Source: an uncultured Gemmatimonadota bacterium (GTDB lineage: Bacteria; SM23-81). Taken from it: a stretch of DNA of 11,488 bases. Every line of letters starts with the position of its first letter. Position 1 is the first letter of the stretch. The stretch lies in NCBI GenBank assembly GCA_964584035.1, contig CAZOYL010000085.1, positions 1 through 11,488 on the forward strand, written 5' to 3'. Shown here one piece after another: positions 6,273 through 11,488 of the stretch. The notes under the pieces were generated by a model. That model saw nothing but the letters and a program-made list of their open reading frames with translations, did no database searches and had not been told where the DNA came from. The translations under genes were made by a program, and so were the position numbers.

Positions 6273-9200
6273 TTAGCGGGCCTTCTGCGAAACGATGTTG
6301 GAATTCGACAACGGTCGGTCGAATTCGCCGACACAGTTGGACTCCACCGATCGGTTGCCGCCCAGATCCACCGCCCTGACCAGGTAAAAATAGTTGGCCG
6401 TGGTGTCTCCCACGGCGCCGGCATCCAGATACTCGGTTCCGGCCGCCGTGCCGATGGAATCCTCCACGCCATCGGGGGCCGGGCCCCGATAGACGACGTA
6501 ATAATCCACGCCCCAGTTATCGGCCACCGGGCTCCACCAGAGAAACACATCGCCGCCGAACGATTTGGCACCCGGGGCGATGTCCACCGAGAGATCGTCC
6601 ACACCATCCGGAGGAATCAGATCGGCGGTGGCGAACAGGCTGTCGGAGATATCCTCGCCGATGTTTTTATGGGCATCATAGGCCACCACCTTGATCAGCG
6701 CGCTGTCGGAATAGGGTGGCGTCACGATCCAGGAGTAGGGTGGCATATTAGGCTTCCCATGAGTGATCATATGGGGGAAGGTGCCGCCGCCGTCGACCGA
6801 CAGCAGGATGGTCACCGAGTCGACCCCGGAGGGATCGGTGGCCAGCCAGTCGATATCATGGGCGCTGCCCACCGGCCAGAACTCTCCGCCGTTGGGGGTC
6901 AGGACCTGAACGGCCGGGCCGGTCTCGTCGCCCTGGAGCCATTCCAGGATGTGCTGCATCAGCTCTTCGCGGTCTTCGGCCGTGGGCACCGACTCGAAGG
7001 GAATGGCCGTGAAGACGGCCAGGTAGCCGCTGTCTCCCGCGGCCGGGAACCGCAGGCCGCAGTAGTTTTGCTTGTACGGCGGCGTTTCGATGCCGCCGAA
7101 ATCCGGCGGCCGGCCGTTCTTTGGGGGCCGCAGCGGCTCGGAGCTCTTCTGTGCCGTGATCTCGAAGATGGCGGCGGCCGAGGCATCGGGCACGATATTG
7201 TCCGACCAGTTGTAGAACGGGTAGGACAGAACGTAGCTGAGCCCGTCGGTGATGGGATCGCCGGGGATGCCGGCCACCTCATCCACGCTGGTGTCGCTGG
7301 TCCAGGAGGCGACGTGGAGATAGTTGGATGAGAACGTGGTCGGGGACCCGATGTCGTAGAGATAATCCTGGCTGGACAGGTACAGGGTGCCGCCGCCGTC
7401 CAGATAGGCCATCAGATTGGTCTCATCGGTGGAGTTGAGGGTCTCGGAGTAATCGTCGCCGGTGCTCCAGATGACGGTGATATACTCCTCCATGACCGAC
7501 ACCGGCGGCGAGCCCTGGCTGGAGACCGTCCAGATGTCGTACTCGATGCCGAGGGCGTCCAGCGCGCCGGTGAAGTACGTCTCGTAGGGATCGCCGGCAT
7601 CATCGTCGACGAACAGGACCTGGCGCATGCCGATACGCACCGAGAAGGTGTCGGTGAAGGTGAATCCCCGGGCCTCGGTGAGGATCAGCTCCAGATCGGC
7701 CTGATCGGGCGCCGGGCACAGGGGATCGACCGAGATGGTGAAATCGGTCAGAGAGGCATCCTGCCCGCCCGGATCAAGGTCCGGGAAGCCGGCCGTCGGG
7801 GTCACCACCATCACGTAGGGGTGCAGCGAGACCAGATTCCCGGTGATGCCGGTGGCCGCAGCGCCGCCGCTGTTTTTGACCGTGATGCTCAGGGCCACCG
7901 TTTCGCCGGGATCGATCCGGCCGTCGCCGTTGCCGCCGCCGCTGTCGTCGACCTCATTGGAGAGGTAGCTCAGCACGGGCGCCCGGACCGTCTCGACGAA
8001 GTAGGATGGCCACACCGAATCGCCGTCGGTGCACTGCAGGGCGAAGCTGATGCCGTGACCGTCCGGGGCCGTCGGGTCGACGCCGAAGGCGAAGCCTCCC
8101 GAGCCCAGAGCCGAGTCGTCCGGCGCGATGGTCCCGAACATATCGCCGCTGTCGATCAGCGTGACGGTGGAATCGGCCACCTGCAGCCCCAGCTCACCGG
8201 TGACCGTGAAGGCGGTGTCCACGCCGTAGTTCATCACCCAGAAAGGAAACAGCTCGATGGTCTCTCCGGGATTGACGATGCCGTCGCCGTTGCCGCTGGA
8301 GCCGCCGCTGCCGTCGTCATCGATGTCGTGCCGGTGGTGGACCACAAAAGCGCCTTCCGGCGGCAGGACCGGCACCGTCTGGGCATAGCGGTAATGGTTG
8401 TATTTGGTGATGGTCACCAGCAGGCTGCCGGGCACGGACTGTGGATCGATGGGCACGTTGACCGCGCTGCCGGTCCCGTCGGCGGTGCCGATGATCTCGC
8501 CGTCCACCGTCAGGGCGATGACCGACCCCTCGTCGGCGGTGACCGGGAAGGAGGTCGCCCCGATGTACAGCACGCCGGGATGGCTTACCGTCAGGCTCTG
8601 GGGCACTTCAGAGTAAAGGGTGGTGAAGGCGTCGCCGTGCATGTGGAACAGATGATACGTCACTGTTTTGCTTTCGGGATTATACGGCCAGTTGGAGGCC
8701 TCCAGGAAGTACTTGCCGGTGACATTGGCGAAACCGGGCCGGAGGTTCTCCGGGCCGGCGTTCTTGGCCGCCGCCGAGGGATAATCGGGCATGAACTCGG
8801 GCCACATGCCGTCGTACATGCCCCAGACGTAGGTGTCGTTGACAAAGGAATAGGATGACTCGCTGGCCCCGATCAGGCCCAGGGCGCCATGCTCCATGCG
8901 GTGAAACTTCTCGGTGAAGCACTCGCTGGCCCAGTTGTACTTCCCGGTCAGACAGTTGACCGAGAACACGAAGGGCAGCATGGTGTTGGATAAACCGTCC
9001 AGGTCGCTGTTGCCGTAATCCGGCTCGCCCCATCCGGTCTCTCCGCCGTGGTCGCGGTGCTGGACGATGAAGCAGCCGTCGTTGATATCGGCGTTCATCC
9101 GGGTGGCGGTGGCCCCCCAGTCGGTCAGGTGCGACGCAGTCTCCGGGATGTAGCCCAGTCCGTCCGGGCCGAAGTAGTCGACGATCAGAGAGGTGTTGGG

Positions 9201-10532
9201 ATTGGTGGACCAGGAGCTTCCCGGAGTCCCCGAGTAGATGGCATACTCGCGGACCGGCGACTTGCCTTGCACGTTGGCCAGGAAACCGTAAACCACCTCG
9301 GAACAGAGGATGAACCAGCGGTCCGACTGCCAGCCGCCGGCGCAGACCGGATGGTCGTAAAAATCGGGATCGGTGTAGGGATTTCTCTCATAGTCCAGGA
9401 ACTTGTTGATCATCGTCTCCAGATCGGCGCCGTCCTGGGCGGTGATGCGCGCGAAGTTCATCTCCGGAAGATCGTCACCGTCCACGTCGGCATAGATGTT
9501 GTCCGAAACGCAGTAGCTGTCCCAGATGGGCGAGGTGATCCCGTAAGCCTTTCCGGAGCTGGGATAGTCGGACAGGAGCAGGACGGCCACCGGAGGAATG
9601 TCCCAGGTGTTGTAGGCGTTGTTGATGAAGCTCTCGATCTGGGAGGAGGATGAGCCGGTCTCGGTCAGGGTGAAGGTCCCGGTGGAGATGCCCTGCAGGG
9701 TGCGCCAGTGCTTGATGGTGTCGGCCCAGGCGGTGAAAGTGGGATCGTCGGGAGTGATGATGACGTATTCGTAGCCGAAGCTTTTCAGGCCGGTGTCCTT
9801 GGCCTGGCCGCGGCGGGCAGGCTCCGCCGGTTCCAGTGAGGAGTAGTTGAGCAGGTTGGCCTGCAGCACCGGTTCCCAATAGCGGCTGCGGTAGCGATCC
9901 TCGGAGAAGCGGCTGCTGCCGCCGGTGAAATGGATCCGGATGCGGACGTCGGTATAGACGGTCAGCTCCCGGCGCACGGGGTTGTATTGGAATGGCGTGA
10001 TGCCGACGATGACCGCATTGACGCCCCTCATGTTGATCATATTGGACAAGCGGATGGGCTCCCGCGGGTAGACGTCGTCGGTGCCGTACACGGTGGGATC
10101 CTTGCGGTAGACCGGGGGCGAATCGTCACCCTCCTCGGGAATGGGGGGGGCCGGCGCGATGTCGATATCTCGGAGCAGCTGAGTCCGGGTGTTTACGATC
10201 TCGAGCCTGACTGCGGCTCCCTGGGGGATGGCGATGTACCGGCCCATGCCGGGAAGGTTGGGCATGCCCTCATCGTTGAACAGCAGGGCTCCCGGAATGG
10301 CCGGGGTCTGCATGGTTTCGCCGTCGATCTCCAACTCTTCCAGGCGCAGATGATTCAGCGAGTAGACGATCTCCACGCCGTCATCTCTCTGAGAGACGAG
10401 TTGGAATCCGGGCGCGCCCCAGTTGCCATCAAAATCGTAGGTCTCTCCTGTCACGATGCCTGGCATGAGCAGACAGATCAGGCTGCCCAAAATGACGCCG
10501 GCCCTCAGGGCCTTCATCCGCGTTCCGCTCAT
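6273..10532 (-). CDS. Gingipain-like C25 family cysteine peptidase, secreted multidomain protein (1419 aa)
   Basis: Start re-assigned to ATG 10532 on the basis of SD GAGGAGGAG, signal peptide MSGTRMKALRAGVILGSLICLLMPGIVTG and a promoter at 10675-10703. C25 propeptide (G.PNLP....IAIP.GA, PFQYNPV..EL.VY). Catalytic domain with YVIITP, SDNIYADVDGDDLPEM..ARIT, HRDHG.ETGW (His495, 9048-9050), SVNCLTG (Cys527, 8952-8954) and FHMHGDAF. Then an Ig-like C25_C domain, two GNGDG..PGET Ig-like repeats, a VLFVDDD alpha/beta domain, a PNGGE Ig-like domain and an FN3-like end. Confidence 0.93.
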   Translation of the reverse strand: MSGTRMKALRAGVILGSLICLLMPGIVTGETYDFDGNWGAPGFQLVSQRDDGVEIVYSLNHLRLEELEIDGETMQTPAIPGALLFNDEGMPNLPGMGRYIAIPQGAAVRLEIVNTRTQLLRDIDIAPAPPIPEEGDDSPPVYRKDPTVYGTDDVYPREPIRLSNMINMRGVNAVIVGITPFQYNPVRRELTVYTDVRIRIHFTGGSSRFSEDRYRSRYWEPVLQANLLNYSSLEPAEPARRGQAKDTGLKSFGYEYVIITPDDPTFTAWADTIKHWRTLQGISTGTFTLTETGSSSSQIESFINNAYNTWDIPPVAVLLLSDYPSSGKAYGITSPIWDSYCVSDNIYADVDGDDLPEMNFARITAQDGADLETMINKFLDYERNPYTDPDFYDHPVCAGGWQSDRWFILCSEVVYGFLANVQGKSPVREYAIYSGTPGSSWSTNPNTSLIVDYFGPDGLGYIPETASHLTDWGATATRMNADINDGCFIVQHRDHGGETGWGEPDYGNSDLDGLSNTMLPFVFSVNCLTGKYNWASECFTEKFHRMEHGALGLIGASESSYSFVNDTYVWGMYDGMWPEFMPDYPSAAAKNAGPENLRPGFANVTGKYFLEASNWPYNPESKTVTYHLFHMHGDAFTTLYSEVPQSLTVSHPGVLYIGATSFPVTADEGSVIALTVDGEIIGTADGTGSAVNVPIDPQSVPGSLLVTITKYNHYRYAQTVPVLPPEGAFVVHHRHDIDDDGSGGSSGNGDGIVNPGETIELFPFWVMNYGVDTAFTVTGELGLQVADSTVTLIDSGDMFGTIAPDDSALGSGGFAFGVDPTAPDGHGISFALQCTDGDSVWPSYFVETVRAPVLSYLSNEVDDSGGGNGDGRIDPGETVALSITVKNSGGAAATGITGNLVSLHPYVMVVTPTAGFPDLDPGGQDASLTDFTISVDPLCPAPDQADLELILTEARGFTFTDTFSVRIGMRQVLFVDDDAGDPYETYFTGALDALGIEYDIWTVSSQGSPPVSVMEEYITVIWSTGDDYSETLNSTDETNLMAYLDGGGTLYLSSQDYLYDIGSPTTFSSNYLHVASWTSDTSVDEVAGIPGDPITDGLSYVLSYPFYNWSDNIVPDASAAAIFEITAQKSSEPLRPPKNGRPPDFGGIETPPYKQNYCGLRFPAAGDSGYLAVFTAIPFESVPTAEDREELMQHILEWLQGDETGPAVQVLTPNGGEFWPVGSAHDIDWLATDPSGVDSVTILLSVDGGGTFPHMITHGKPNMPPYSWIVTPPYSDSALIKVVAYDAHKNIGEDISDSLFATADLIPPDGVDDLSVDIAPGAKSFGGDVFLWWSPVADNWGVDYYVVYRGPAPDGVEDSIGTAAGTEYLDAGAVGDTTANYFYLVRAVDLGGNRSVESNCVGEFDRPLSNSNIVSQKAR
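7630..8350 (-). repeat. Two tandem ~120-aa Ig-like domains within the protease (approximate bounds)
   Basis: DIDDDGSGGSSGNGDGIVNPGETIEL...VMNYG...A..VTG.L versus EVDDSGGGNGDGRIDPGETVAL...VKNSG...A..ITG.L. Confidence 0.75.
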
Positions 10533-10674
10533 CAAGCTCCTCCTCTCGCCGGTATGGAATAAACGAAGGATCTCTCCACTCAACCGTTTGCCGGGTCTGA
10601 GGATCGGGATCCTTGTCGTTCGCCGTATCACATCACGGACATTCGAATGACGGGGGAACGGCCCCATCAGAACC

Positions 10675-10703
10675 ATTGTACCAGAGAAAAGCCCGGTTGT
10701 CAA
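10675..10703 (-). promoter_or_regulatory. Strong sigma70-type promoter for the C25 protease gene
   Basis: Minus strand TTGACA (10703-10698), 17-nt spacer ending TGG (extended -10), TACAAT (10680-10675). Confidence 0.8.
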
Positions 10704-10781
10704 GAATGTTTTCGAAAACAGCCGACTTTTTTTATATTTCTCGACACCTTCGGGCCGATCCCTCGTATAGAAGAAAACTAC

Positions 10782-10810
10782 TTGACCAATGACAGGTTGG
10801 CGGGTATATT
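10782..10810 (+). promoter_or_regulatory. sigma70-type promoter for the gene at 10891
   Basis: TTGACC (10782-10787), 17-nt spacer, TATATT (10805-10810). SD AAGGAGGT precedes ATG 10891. Confidence 0.7.
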
Positions 10811-10890
10811 GATGGCACGCCGGTCTCCCCGGCGGCCGTTCATTCATTTCCCGAAACCTGGAGAGATATCCCCTGTAAAGGAGGTCGAAC

Positions 10891-11488
10891 ATGTCGGTCG
10901 CGAAAGGTCTTGGATGTGCCCTGCTGGTATCTGTCCTGATGATCGCGGCCGTGACGGCCGCCGCCGCGGTGAATATCTGCACATATCCGGAGCTGTTGCT
11001 GGCCGCCCCCAATGTGGGGCTATACACGCCGCTCCCCGATGCGGGAGGCGGCACCCCCTACGATCCCGAGGGGCAGATCAAGGGCGATCCGCTGGGTCAG
11101 ACCTATCTGGCCGGCACGACCTGGTACGATTATCAGCACAACGGCTCCATCGGCAGGATGATCGCCCTGACTCCCAGCGGGGGCGTTCACGTGGTCTGGA
11201 TGAACGGTTTCCAGGCGCAGGGCGTCGACCGCCACATCTTTTATAACTATTTTACGAACGGCGCCTTCAACTGGCCCGACATCGGCTACCAGGTCGATCA
11301 GGGCGATCGCGGCGGCTATACCTGCCTGGATCAACTCAGCGGCGGCGAGGCGATCGTGTTCATGCATACCAATCCCACGCCGGCCAGCAACTGGACGGCC
11401 ACGGTGGCCTGGGACTTCCTGGAGGGTTTCGGGGCCTTCCAGATCAACGTGCTGGCAGTCAACGACGCCCCGTCGTTCGACCTCGTTC
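10891..11488 (+). CDS. Secreted protein of unknown function, 3'-partial (199 codons visible; probably a beta-rich/propeller-type N-domain)
   Basis: Manual translation is open to the window end: MSVAKGLGCALLVSVLMIAAVTAAAA|VNICTYPELL...GQIKGDPLGQTYLAGTTWYDYQHNGSIGRMIALTPSGGVHVVWMNG...RHIFYNYF...RGGYTCLD. Strong SD, signal peptide and GC-rich third positions. Confidence 0.88.
   Translation, partial: MSVAKGLGCALLVSVLMIAAVTAAAAVNICTYPELLLAAPNVGLYTPLPDAGGGTPYDPEGQIKGDPLGQTYLAGTTWYDYQHNGSIGRMIALTPSGGVHVVWMNGFQAQGVDRHIFYNYFTNGAFNWPDIGYQVDQGDRGGYTCLDQLSGGEAIVFMHTNPTPASNWTATVAWDFLEGFGAFQINVLAVNDAPSFDLV

Noticed and set aside
5810..6607. ORFs 5889-6233 (+), 5810-6094 (-), 5815-6042 (-) and 6167-6607 (-) with PGKAGK/PALPGF repeats
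   Set aside because: They are translations of the 18-nt repeat or frame shadows that cross the terminator or overlap real genes.
10533..11054. 174-aa N-terminal extension of the 1593-aa ORF-track call
   Set aside because: It overlaps the divergent gene at 10891 and two promoters. The SD, signal peptide and promoter all point to ATG 10532.
6669..11367. Remaining ORF-track entries overlapping the protease and the last gene
   Set aside because: Antisense or off-frame shadows of well-supported CDSs with no independent evidence.

Overview
GC-rich bacterial window with five genes. The secreted-protein domain repertoire points to an FCB-group lineage (inference). In order: (1) ftsK on the - strand, running off the left edge, whose last ~100 visible codons have sharply different codon usage. 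(2) A divergent two-gene operon: a small secreted protein with a C-terminal FlgD-Ig/T9SS-type sorting domain, then a 974-aa secreted phage-tail-fibre-like protein without such a domain. (3) A convergent intergenic region with a stop-codon-containing 18-nt tandem hairpin repeat, a bidirectional terminator and a ~95-nt rod-like RNA candidate. (4) A 1419-aa multidomain gingipain-like C25 cysteine protease on the - strand. (5) The 5' part of another secreted protein, running off the right edge. Four near-consensus sigma70 promoters are visible. The best candidates for undescribed biology are the small-protein + fibre module and an apparent Lys-directed processing pattern shared by the secreted proteins. 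Family assignments come from recalled motifs, not database searches.
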